From contig NC_069000.1 in NCBI RefSeq assembly GCF_001194135.2, positions 39,271,724-39,335,719 on the forward strand: DNA of 63,996 nt. The letters are read 5' to 3'. The notes beneath the pieces are model-generated. The model saw nothing but the letters and a program-made list of their open reading frames with translations. It was not told the DNA's origin and did not search any database. Source of the stretch: Octopus bimaculoides. Its lineage: Eukaryota. The translations under genes were made by a program, and so were the position numbers. Of this stretch, positions 1 through 11,232 are shown one piece after another; position 1 is the stretch's first letter; every line of letters begins with the position of its first letter.

Positions 1-81
1 ATATATATATATATATATATATACAATATTTATTAAAGGCTGTAAAATCTTCACATACTGTTACTCAGGCACAAAACGCAG

Positions 82-132
<51 letters not shown>

Positions 133-702
133 CAAACACATGCACACACATGTATGTGTGTTTGTATGTGAAGATTATATGTATGCAGTAATGGCTACAC
201 GTATACAATACAGCTCATAAGCAGATACATAAACGCGTGCTCACACACTCTTATAAACAGATGTATACACATCAACGTGGGATAAATTTACTTACTGCTA
301 TGCTAGCATAAATGCAAAATTGCGAACATTGTTAGGCGCGAACGCGAAATTGAATTCTTGCGATTGCAACGATGAAGATGTGATATTAGAATATAAAACA
401 TATGAAATATATGTATATTGTAAAATGTAAGCACACCTAAGTTCAATGATATACACAATAAACCCTTTGGTCTGCCAACATCACGACAAAGCCTTCATGG
501 CGTATATTGTTGCAGCCGTTATCACAGCTATACACTTGTAAATATATCGGGAACTATATAAAGCTACACATTTAACTTACTAACCTGACTCTGATCTGTC
601 TCTCTTTCTTTCTCTCTTTCTCTCTGTGTCTCCAAACAGAACAAAACACCATTTGCTGGCTTAAATGTTTCATACGCTTGTCTATACATATACACATGCA
701 CA

Positions 703-751
<49 letters not shown>

Positions 752-1021
752 ATATATATACTTATATATATATGTGTATNNNNNNNNNNNNNNNNNNNNN
801 NNNNNNNNNNNNNNNNNNNNNNNNNNNNNNNNNNNNNNNNNNNNNNNNNNNNNNNNNNNNNNNNNNNNNNNNNNNNNNNNNNNNNNNNNNNNNNNNNNNN
901 NNNNNNNNNNNNNNNNNNNNNNNNNNNNNNNNNNNNNNNNNNNNNNNNNNNNNNNNNNNNNNNNNNNNNNNNNNNNNNNNNTATATATATGTATATATAT
1001 ATATATACATATATATAAGTA

Positions 1022-1057
<36 letters not shown>

Positions 1058-3276
1058 TATGTATATGTATATGCATAATGTGGAGCTTTGCTTTGTCATG
1101 ATGGAAAATATAGATTTTTCTATAATACTCTTTGGCTTTGTTATAACAATGATATTTAAAGAAACTCCACAAATATGACAGAAATGCATTCCAGTTTCAA
1201 ATAGTTGCCAGTCCTATTGTGCAGAACACCTTATTGAATTTAGCGCATTGTGATAGGCATGAATCAGAGTTTGTTCTCTCCATGCATCGCTATATATGTG
1301 TGTGTGTTTATCTATATAAATGTATGCATCTATATAGGTGTGTGTGTGTGTATTTGTCTATATATGTATGCATGTATTTGTGTATTAGATTTCATTTTGC
1401 ACTATTTTCAGAAAACCCGCGCGTAGAGATATTGTAATAATGAAGTTATTGTCCGATATATTATTTTGAGATGGAATCAATAGAACAGCGTAGAAACCTA
1501 TATCTATTTTCTTTAACCGCTGTTTTAGTATTAGTATTTTCATTATGCCACTTTTGTACTTCGGTATTCCATTATATACTTTGAGAAAAAGGTTAATTGG
1601 AATTCTAAACGCCACGAAGGCACAACACACAGATGAGGATATAAATATTTGAATACTTATGTTCGTTCATCGAGTAAAATAACTGAAATAGGTTACAGAA
1701 GGGACTTATAAATGTTTGGTTAAAATGGCTACGTATTACGCAGATAACACGTCCTATATTGTTTTATATTGCTAATGCTGATTCTGTTTCTATTTCTAAT
1801 TTTAAACGTGTTATGCCTGTATACCTTAGATATTTCTCACAAAATAAAACACGTAAAATGTATGTCTGCTGCTGTAACTGCTGAAACTGTTCCACTTAAA
1901 AGTGAACTTAGGCTTGTGCTTCAATGCTTGTGTTGTTCCTACAATTTTTGGTATTGGTGTAGCAAGCCAGCGGAGAGTTCTCAGTGGATACTAGACTCAG
2001 GTATCTGTTACTACATATTCTATATTTCTCTTATATCATCAGCAGATTGTGAACCCAATATTCCAGGTGTTCAATCGATGGATAATGTCTATGTTCATAA
2101 TCATATTTCGGCTGCTGAGAGTTTATCATTTTCCCGGAGAGTACGGAGGTTGGTCCTCATTTCCGTACTCTGGGAAAAGATGAACTGTGAACTCTATTCT
2201 CCTGTCTGTATTTTTTATCTACCTTTACTCGTTATTCTTCTATTTTATTCCTTATAATCTGTGAATTTCCCCGTCTAGAACTTTCATACATACTCACATT
2301 GTCTCTGATTGCGGAATACCCAGAGTACGGACATGCTAGCCTATCACTTGGGATATCGAGGAACAACTGCAGCTCCTCAAATTTACCTTACCTTAATTAA
2401 ATTACTATAAATGACTGGAGATACTCATCCTGCCTTGGTTTTTGGTGTACTTTTCCTTTAATATATACCTGCTAACACGCAACTCGAACACGAGTCCTTA
2501 GCTCCAGCCTCACATATGAATTTGGTACTTAACGGATGGCCAATTATAGCTCTTAGATAACTCTGGTTGTTTATATCGTGTATTTCGCCTCCATTGCTAA
2601 ATGCCAAAATCGTTCATAAATCACAAGCGAATATATGTGTTAATATATTAATATATTGCGTATATCCCTTAATTGTTGTAATTATATTTTATTACTCCTA
2701 TATATATTGACTTCCGTATATCATTAAGCTTGATAAAATTTTCGGGAAATGATAGCCAGTTGTATGTGTTTGTCTGTGTTTGTGTGTGTGAATAGATAGA
2801 TAGATGCATGCATATATGCATGTAAATATGTCTTTGTATGTATGTACGTATATATGGATGGATGACTGATTGCATGGATGGATGGATGGTCGGATGTTTT
2901 CGTGTGTCTGTCTGTCTGTCTGTCTGTCTGTTTGCGCTTCAATTTGGTAATAGTGTTTCGTATTCAGTTTGGTAACTAGAAACGTGAAATTCCAAACACC
3001 AGATATGAGTTACCAGCTTTTAGAATCCTATGTAACTCTCCCCCGTTAGCGCTTCATTCTAATTTGAACCTTTCCTCTCTATGTTAATAATCTAGGTGTA
3101 TTATCCCTAGAATGCTCATGCGCACATATACGCATATATGTTGTGTACGTGCGTAAATAGAATAGCGTGGACTCTGCGTGATTTTATCCATCCATTTGAG
3201 TATATTCTATATACCGGATCATTCACTGTGTCTTTACAAATATTACTATTCCTATAATGATCTTCACTTTTTTATA

Positions 3277-4175
3277 CGAGGGGTTATCCAAATGAAACCG
3301 GGATTTTGAAATATTATTTTATTCACTTGGATAAACATATTTCCCCTTTATGCTCTTCAAAGTATCTCCATTTGAAGTAATGCATCGGTTCAGGGGCGTT
3401 TTCTACTATTCAAAGCAGTCCCGGAACTCTTGCGAAGTGATGCCTTTTAACGCATCCGTTCTTTTCTGCTCCACCATCTCTTCCATACCTGCAAACCCCG
3501 TAACACTAGCTTTTGTCACCAGTGGTGACCTTCGAGCAAAATGTCCGGATTAACATCCAATTGTTCTTTCAGTTCACGATACGCATTCATCTTCAAGAGA
3601 GGCACAAATTTTGCTGCAGCTGTTTTTGTTCGCAATTCCTCGTTGAAACTTCGTTGGTCGGATCTCCAGGACACACCAGTCATATAAACAATGTTGTCAA
3701 TTGTTCGGTGTCGGTCCTCGATGATCAGTTCATGAAATTTCAGAATTGTTTCATTCGTTCGGTAGTTTGACGCTCGTCCTCAACGAGGTTGGTCTTCTGG
3801 CAACAATTGACAATTCCTAAAACGTTGAAACCACTCGAAAACTTGTGTTTTGCTCATGACAGCGTCCTTTTAAGCTGTTTGAAGCATAGCAACTGTTTTT
3901 GCCACCGGTTTCCCGAGCAGAAAACATAATTTTAGGGAAGTACGCTGTTTCTTCGTTTCAGCCATCACAAAAATCAATAGACAGGAGACTAGCATTGCAA
4001 AAAAAGAAAAAAAGAAAAAGAAACCATCACGTAGCAACACGGCTCTACACTACGACGCCGGTAGCAGTCTAATGCATGAGAGTCGCATCAAGTGGCTTCT
4101 AGCAGCAGAGGCCCGAACTCCAACGGGAGTTTGGTCCACAGAGAACGTTTCCGGTTACTTCTGGGTATCCTGTCG
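3277..4175 (-). mobile_element. Mariner DNA transposon, internally deleted and decayed
   Basis: 25-bp imperfect TIRs (CGAGGGGTTATCCAAATGAAACCGG at 3277; reverse complement of the end at 4175 = CGACAGGATACCCAGAAGTAACCGG, 18/25 identical), TA on both outer sides. The minus strand from ATG 3965 reads MAETKKQRTSLKLCFLLGK...KTQVFEWFQRF...EDQPR*GR...AAKFVPLL (mariner HTH domain, 2 stops). It joins to a C-terminus ...DALKGITSQEFRDCFE**...RCITSNG; the DD34D core is missing. Confidence 0.9.
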
Positions 4176-5694
4176 TATACGTATGTTATAAATTTTTCGT
4201 TAAAAATATAAGGAAATTTTCCTGACTACAAAACATCTAAGTAATAAATGCGCATTTATCTAATTTCACAGTTAAACATTCTGCTGACCATACAACAGCA
4301 TATGGTACATGACATGATGTATTTCATGGATTTTATTTCTTGTTTGTGTTTTGTTTCTATGAAACAAATTATTGAATCTCCACAACCTTGTTACCTTCTT
4401 TATAGAATAGCAGATTATTCTAAAAAATATAATAAACCAGTAAATAACTCTTTAAAATAAGTGATATTTTACCCATAACTATCATATGGCCATCACAGAT
4501 GTCATTTTCCATCCAAGTTGATTCCGTCCTAAAGAAAACAAGAAAATATCACATTTTCCTCTTCTTATTATCGCTGCTACCGCAATATTTCACCACATAA
4601 CATGTTCTGCATTTCTTATTTGTTCTTTGTTTTTCTATGGCCAAGTCTGGATGAGAAAAATAATTAATCATTGTTATGAGAGGTAAGAATTTTGGTTTAG
4701 GTACTGCAACCCGTATAATTAGTATGCGATTTCTCTATTCAATTTACGAAATTGCAGACCACGCTGTTTGAGTAATTCCCTCCATGTAACACCTGCAAGT
4801 AGTCTATTCAGATCAAACTACTTCTTCATAATAATCATCATGAACCAGTGTTAACCATGAACCACTGTAATCATCAGGAACCACTGTAATCGATATCAGT
4901 AAATGACTATTTGAACAGAAATTCTTGTACTACAATCTCGTTTAATATCCATTATCATTCGAATTACATTGTATTTAAAATGTATTGTAACTAACATGAT
5001 CTTCAGAGGTTCCACACCGCAGTTACGAAGAAATTATCATTCTGTCTGGTACGTTAGACTAACAATTGCAACTAGCTTGACGTCGTGGCAGTTGTTTTTA
5101 TTTATACCAACATAGTCATGTTTCAGATGTGCACTAGATGCATTCGTAAATTATGCAGCATCTCTGCTGCTTTATCTAAAGCGCAGTGTGATATTATATT
5201 ACTGTATGTTAACTTCTTCCTTACAAGCTTTTCGAAATCGTTTGATGTTTATTGCAAATATTTGACACAGGAGGAAAATTGGAGCTGACAACGGTTTTGG
5301 GCTGCATTTGTAATGTTATAGCTGTTCCTTTTTTTTTTTTTTTCGTTTTTTTAGTGTCAAACGTTCACATATGAAGTAAATACAGTAATCCTTCGACTAT
5401 ATCGAAATAGTACTGCACTGCATATTTTATTTATCATTTTTATTATTTTTATATATTTATTTTATTATAAATGCAAAAGAACACCACGGAGGAATCGACG
5501 TAAGCTTAAATAACCTCGAAATAGTGAGGGATTACAGTAGTTTTAAACCTGGTTCTTTTTAGAAAAGCTTCAACCACTATCACAACCAACATGTAGTTAA
5601 TTCTAACTTGTTTCAAAAATGACTCCGTTGCCGTAGAGTTTATATAAAAATAGATCAGAAAATGAAATCCACGAATTTTCTTATTAAAATCCAC

Positions 5695-5790
5695 TACAAT
5701 TGTTTCGGCTCATTTAGCACCTATAGCCCATAGGTAGGAGGCTTTACAATCAATGATCTTGCATTACTTTTGTAGAATGCGCCTCCTCAG
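5695..5790 (-). ncRNA. Penelope-type minimal hammerhead ribozyme fold with long loop II (probably decayed)
   Basis: Minus strand: CTGAGGA (5790-5784), stem II GGCGC/GAGCC (4 of 5 pairs) around a 67-nt loop, GAAAC, palindromic ACAATTGT, triplet GTA. Stem I is not evident because a piggyBac TTAA junction lies directly 5' of the core. Confidence 0.4.
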
Positions 5791-5794
5791 TTAA

Positions 5795-6750
5795 CCTTTT
5801 AGTCTCCGTAACCGTATGTCCTAGTCTATCTAATTCTTTCTTCCTCACCACCGTCCTAATGGGCTTTTATCACCAAACTGACCATTTTAATAGATCTTTT
5901 GTATGTCTACTTATTTTCTCTAAATTTTCTGATTGCATGCATATTTTTTTTAATATTTCTATCTCATGTATGATATATGTTTATGTTTAAATGTTCTGTT
6001 GTAAGTATTTAATCTTTTGACTCTAAGCATATCTCACATCTCATTTTCTGGTGAGAGCAATGTATATACCGAGATATACATTGTTAAAAGGCAAACTGAA
6101 ATGGCTTCGAGAAATAGTAAGGTACTTGTTTATAGTGAGTCGAAACAAATGTTGTGAAATTCCACAAAGTATCTCATCAATTATATTTCTGTCTTTAGTG
6201 TGTGTGTGTGGGGGGGGGGGGTTCTTAACAGCTTCACTTGCAATGTTTCAAGGATAAAAGAAGACAGTGCCTAATTTAGTTAGGAAAGGCACTTGCTGGA
6301 GTCAATGCTAAAGAAGAACATGAAAAACAATCTTATACTTCTGCTAATATTTCTCAACCAAACAAGAAATAGAATACGATCTTCAACCTCATTTGCGATT
6401 CCTCAACCAAAGAAAAAAAGGAAGGTGTTCTTTGTGTGACTCCCCAAAAAAAGACAGAAAAACTCGTAGTACATATAAGAATTGTAATATCCATGCTTGC
6501 CAAGAACATGCCAATGTTGTCAGCATTCACTGCCATGAAGAGCTGTAATTCTGTATTTTTGTATTTTTTAAAATTTATAATATATTCTATAAGCTGTATA
6601 TTTTTTATTAGATTTGTGAGTTACAGTACCTCTTCATTCACCTGATAGCATATATAATGTAGCTAAGAAATAGTAGTTTGAATAATATCTAATTAAATGA
6701 AAAGTATTGTTCGTAATTATTGACATACATTTTTTCTGATAGACCAAGGG
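5795..6750 (+). mobile_element. Non-autonomous piggyBac derivative with TTAA target sites
   Basis: TTAA at 5791-5794 and 6751-6754; ends CCTTTTAGTCT and AGACCAAGGG are imperfect TIRs. 6227-6547 encodes a broken transposase C-terminus: KDKRRQCLI*LGKALAG, then the Cys-rich domain KKGRCSLCDSPKKDRKTRSTYKNCNIHACQEH. A second copy lies at 51901-52560. Confidence 0.75.
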
Positions 6751-6754
6751 TTAA

Positions 6755-7557
6755 AGTGACAGAAAGCTACATTAAAATAGGCCAGACATTATATTGAAGG
6801 ATTTCAGACAAACAATTATGCCTTCTCAGCGATATGACTGTTGCCATCGACACAATTGTATCTGGGCAAGACCTATCAAAAACTGAGCAAGAATAAACAT
6901 TTTGAAATAAAATTTGGTAAAATGTGGAACCTCAACGCTAAAACAATACCTGTTGCCATAGGTTCCCTAGAAATGATAGCAGAAAGGTCTGATTGCTACC
7001 TGTCTCAGATAACAGGGAATTCAAAAATGGAAGAAATTCAAAAAATACTGCTCATGGCAGGTTATGTCTCAAGCTACTGCTATCTAGCACCTTCGGGTGA
7101 TCTCTACTCGACTGCTACCCAAGAGCTATTCAACAGCTCTACCAACAGCTACTCTATCTCTATTTATATGTCTTGGACGATCCTACGTCTTCGCTTGGTG
7201 TCGTCGACACAACATGGGGAACTGCTCATATACTGCGAGATTTATTGTCCAAAATCATTTGAATCTGTAAATATTGTGAACAATACTTTTAAATGTACCT
7301 AATAGCAAATATATTTTACAGTTACCTTAAGATCACACTGTCATCTTATAATCAAATTAGTTCTGAAACAAACTTCTAATTTGTTTATGTTTTGACAGAC
7401 AGTCTTTACCACAATTTTCTGTGCAAAGCCAAAAAATATGGCACACGCTAGTAATAAAACAAATCTGAACTTCTGATTTGTTGTCTCTTGCGGTTTCTGG
7501 ATGAGACTTGGTGTGAAACTTGTACAAATACAAAGCAAAAGCCAAACATATAATAAC

Positions 7558-7560
<3 letters not shown>
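6755..7560 (+). mobile_element. 3' remnant of an R4/Dong-type (RLE-clade) non-LTR retrotransposon
   Basis: With frameshifts it reads DRKLH*NRPDIILKD...CLLSDMTV...QKLSKNKHFEIKFGKMWNLNAKTIPVAIGSLEMI...MEEIQKILLM[insertion 7060-7214]GTAHILR, the PD..D restriction-like endonuclease C-terminus. A 3' UTR follows, ending GAGACTTGGTGTGAAACTTGTACAAATACAAAGCAAAAGCCAAACATA, then (AAT)n. Confidence 0.85.
7060..7214. mobile_element. 155-bp solo LTR inserted into the R4-type ORF
   Basis: Ends (G)GTTATG...CACAACA, with degenerate 5-bp TSD TGGCA / TGGG(G)A. It splits the codons LM|GTAHILR and is homologous to 10619-10783. ATATAAATAG (TATA-like) lies on the minus strand. Confidence 0.65.
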
Positions 7561-7641
<81 letters not shown>

Positions 7642-7645
7642 AATA
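7551..7645. repeat. Compound microsatellite (AAT)n-(GAT)n
   Basis: Direct reading of the sequence; it sits between the R4-type 3' end and the ~550-bp element. Confidence 0.95.
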
Positions 7646-8160
7646 ATGCAGTACCAGTTAGTAGCACTTATGGCTTCTGACCTTAACTGATTGAAAGTGT
7701 TATCATGTAAATTGTTTCTCTTAGTATAATAGAGGGGCTACAGCAAATATTCTGCTCGATACCACAGATTTGCTTGTCAGTTGTTTGACCTTAACCAGTC
7801 GAGCATGTCCCTTAGTGTCTGACGATATATGCATCTCTGATCAGGAGCAGAAGTAGTGGGGGAGCATCATAGCCAGGTGCTGATAGTAATTCTTTGGGGT
7901 TTAGATAATTTACATTTGGAAACATGGGTGTTTTGTTCATCATCCGTAAAGAACCCTAATTCATAGAGATTTTGAACGGGATGTGCTACTGGACCTGAAG
8001 AAAATCCTAATTGGGCCCCTCTGCGCTGTTTGTCTTGATATGAGATTACTATGTCGCACACATATGGTTGTGATGCATGCGCTTGGTGTACCTTTATCAC
8101 TGGGGTAGTCATGATGGGTGTACTGGGCTTCGTATATTTTACGCCAGAGTCACTTTGATG
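7646..8160 (+). mobile_element. ~520-bp non-coding interspersed element embedded in trinucleotide repeats (copy 1)
   Basis: Homologous over its length to the reverse complement of 55000-55556 (ATGCAGTACCAG...CAGCAAATATT(C/T)TGCTC...GATGCATG...TTGATG). Flanked by (AAT)/(GAT) runs on both sides. Confidence 0.8.
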
Positions 8161-8700
8161 ATGATGATGGTGATGATGGTGATGATGATTATGACGATTA
8201 TGACGTTAATGATGATGATGGTTGTGGCGGTGATGTGCGAGTAATTTTAGGCTCATAAATGCGGGTATAAGTGGGTAGTCGATCACATAGACTCAAGGAG
8301 ATGACTGGTACTTTATCTTATCTTCATTGAAAGATTGGATCTTGACGTCGGCGTGATTAGAACGTAAAGTTTCAGAGAACAAATGCCATAAAGTATTCTT
8401 NNNNNNNNNNNNNNNNNNNNNNNNNNNNNNNNNNNNNNNNNNNNNNNNNNNNNNNNNNNNNNNNNNNNNNNNNNNNNNNNNNNNNNNNNNNNNNNNNNNN
8501 NNNNNNNNNNNNNNNNNNNNNNNNNNNNNNNNNNNNNNNNNNNNNNNNNNNNNNNNNNNNNNNNNNNNNNNNNNNNNNNNNNNNNNNNNNNNNNNNNNNN
8601 NNNNNNNNNNNNNNNNNNNNNNNNNNNNNNNNNNAATTTGGATTCTAACGTAAAAGCAGTGAAATATATATATGTTTTAGATATAAATTTTCTAGGAGAA

Positions 8701-9162
8701 AGATGGGTTGTGTAGTCATAAGCTCGCTTCCCAAACACATCGTTCCGGGTTTAATCCCTGTGCGTGTCACCTTTGTTTGTCTTCTACTGTAGCTTCAGGT
8801 CAACCAAACCCTTGAGAGTGGATTTGGTAGAAAGAAACTGAAAAGAGCCCATCGTCTGTGTGTGTCTGTGTGTGGTTGTGTGTGTGTGCCTGTGTGTGTG
8901 TGTGTTTGTGTGTGTATTTGTGAGTGTCTGTGTGTGTATTTTTGTGTTTTTGTGTGTGTCCATTTGTTCTACCACCACCGCTAGACATCTGGTGCTGGTG
9001 TATTTATGTCCCCGCAACTTAGCGGCTGGGGAAATTAACCGATATAATAAGTACCAGGTTTTCAAAAAAGTTCTGGCGTCGATACATTACACTGAAAATT
9101 CTTCAGGGCGGTGCCCCAGCATGACCGCAGTCTAGTAACTCCATCATGTAAAAGATAAAAGA
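8701..9162 (+). mobile_element. tRNA-headed SINE, family A (near full length, diverged)
   Basis: Matches the well-preserved copy at 34728-35158 in the head (GTTCCGGGTTTAATCCC), body (GTGGATTTGGTAGA), internal TG microsatellite, AACTTAGCGG...AATAAGTACCAG, and tail GGCGGTGCCCCAGCATGACCGCAG. Confidence 0.85.
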
Positions 9163-10618
9163 ATATGGAGATAAAAACCTGCTACTAAACATAGGATTAG
9201 TCGCTTATGTTCACCTCCGTCTTTGTTTCATAATTTCGTTATCGTTTTCCGATGAATGAAAAGCAATATCGACCAGTGTCTGTGGAAACCTGGACCTCAA
9301 GAACAATAACAAGTGACAGCAAGGTGATTTTTCAGACAGTGTTACGATCCTGTCATCAAGAATAAAGTGTATGAATCGGCCGAGGAAAGGTGGAAGGTTA
9401 ATTTCTTAATGGCTGCATATCTTGTCAACAACTAGGAAACTGCATATGAGTATATTTGAGATATGATGTTATGAATTCAATGTGAAATAGTTCATGTTCA
9501 CCGACAAGAATCAACAGCTATTTATTACTTTTAGACAACATTAAAGGATCCGTAATGTTAGTTGTGAAGTTATGCATTACCCGCAAGTCTACACTATTGC
9601 GAGGTGTAATATAGAGGAGCAAGTAGTTTGGACATACTGTTTAGTAGGTTAGGGAACAGTGCATAATCGCTACATAATATAAACGAAAATACAAAGAACC
9701 AAACATAGATAGAAGCAGAGTATTTCGAATTTTAACTTTCATGTTTCGGATTTTATCATATTTCTTATAATATCGATCTAAATTTCCTAATGGCTCAGGC
9801 TATCAGTAACATACACAAACACGCCGTGAAAACAAATTGAAATGAATTTCCAGTGAAGTATTGTTCAGAAACAGTGTTATATAAATTTTATAGATAAAAA
9901 AAATGGTGTGGCATATTTCATAAGTAAATAACTCACACGCTGCCCAATATGATAGCAAAGTTAAACATCCTTATCTTTCATTAATCTTAAATGATATCAA
10001 CGAACCATCAACATCAATACATTTAATATTTCAGCATTCGGTATCAACTTTAGATGGTTATGCGAAACTTCTGTAATCGAGATATAAGACAATTATTTTA
10101 AATAATCATTTAACCAATGACATCTGACCCACTCCTCAACTGATACGTTTGGATGTAAAGTACACATGAAACGGGTTGCAGGACAAACATAATTTTCCAG
10201 AGTTTTATTTCATGATATAATCCTTCTTCATACAAAATTATTAAAATGAAGTAAAGAGCGCTTGTTTAAACACGCTACAAAATGTAAAGTGGGTACTTAG
10301 GTTAAATCCAAACCCAATAAATGGATAAATAAATGAATAAATAATCATCATAAACACAATAATAAAAGTTACCCAAGTTATCGGTACAAAATCGAAAAGA
10401 CGTAAACATGCAACGACGATGGTGAAGCAGTGGATAGTGACACACACATACACACACATTTTTATGTATGTATGTATATATACATACATATATATATTCG
10501 CTGCTTTCTTCCAAGGAATCTAATGCTCTTAGCTTAGTTTTTCTTTTGGGCTGGCCACATTGGAGCAATGCCCAACTCCTCTTGCCGCTCTCAGCAGCTA
10601 CTTATTTTGCTTAATAGT

Positions 10619-10783
10619 TGTTATGTCTCAAGCTACTGCTATCTAGCACCTTTGGATCATCTCTACTCAACCGCTAAACAACTGCTACTCGACTGCTACT
10701 CAACACTCCTACCACGGCCAGACTACCTCTATTTATATGTCTTGGGAGATCCTACTTCTTCGCCTGGGGTCATCGACACAGCA
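10619..10783. mobile_element. 165-bp solo LTR (copy 2)
   Basis: Ends TGTTATG...CACAGCA, with 5-bp TSD ATAGT (10614-10618) / CTAGT (10784-10788). Homologous to 7060-7214. Confidence 0.7.
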
Positions 10784-11164
10784 CTAGTTAATCCCGAACC
10801 GGTCCTCATGACAATCTAAATGGCATTCGGTATCCTGGAATACATTTATAGAATATATTTTAAAAAGGATGGGCAAATATTTTGAGCAAGATGCAGCTGC
10901 TGTTTCTAACTGAACAGGTCAAAGCGTCATGCTTTCTCACTAGTATTACTAAGGTTAGTTTTTGTTGTGGCTTTTAGTATCCTGCTGGAATAGTTTTTGG
11001 TGTTATTTTTATTCTTTTTTTTTTTGGTCTGTTGAGGTGAATAATAATTATACTGATATAAGGACAGACTCTGTAATTGGCAGCAGAGAGCAAGGTAGTG
11101 ACAACAATAACGACGGCCACGGCGCCGACAACGATGACAACGACCACGTTGATGATAAGATACA

Positions 11165-11195
11165 CGACGACGACGACGACGACGACGACGATGAC

Positions 11196-11230
<35 letters not shown>

Positions 11231-11232
11231 AA
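11165..11232. repeat. Compound microsatellite (GAC)n-(GAT)n
   Basis: Direct reading of the sequence. Confidence 0.95.

Noticed and set aside
461-476. AACCCTTTGGTCTG resembling the piggyBac TIR
   Set aside because: It is preceded by TAAA rather than TTAA, with no partner end or internal homology.
572-1189. Long ORFs rich in YI, CV, HT, poly-S/D/M/V and X (here and throughout the ORF track)
   Set aside because: They are translations of microsatellites and N gaps, not proteins.
4522-4688. Hydrophobic open frame ending at donor-like GTAAGA
   Set aside because: There is no start codon or good acceptor in frame and no recognisable domain; this is expected by chance in T-rich DNA.
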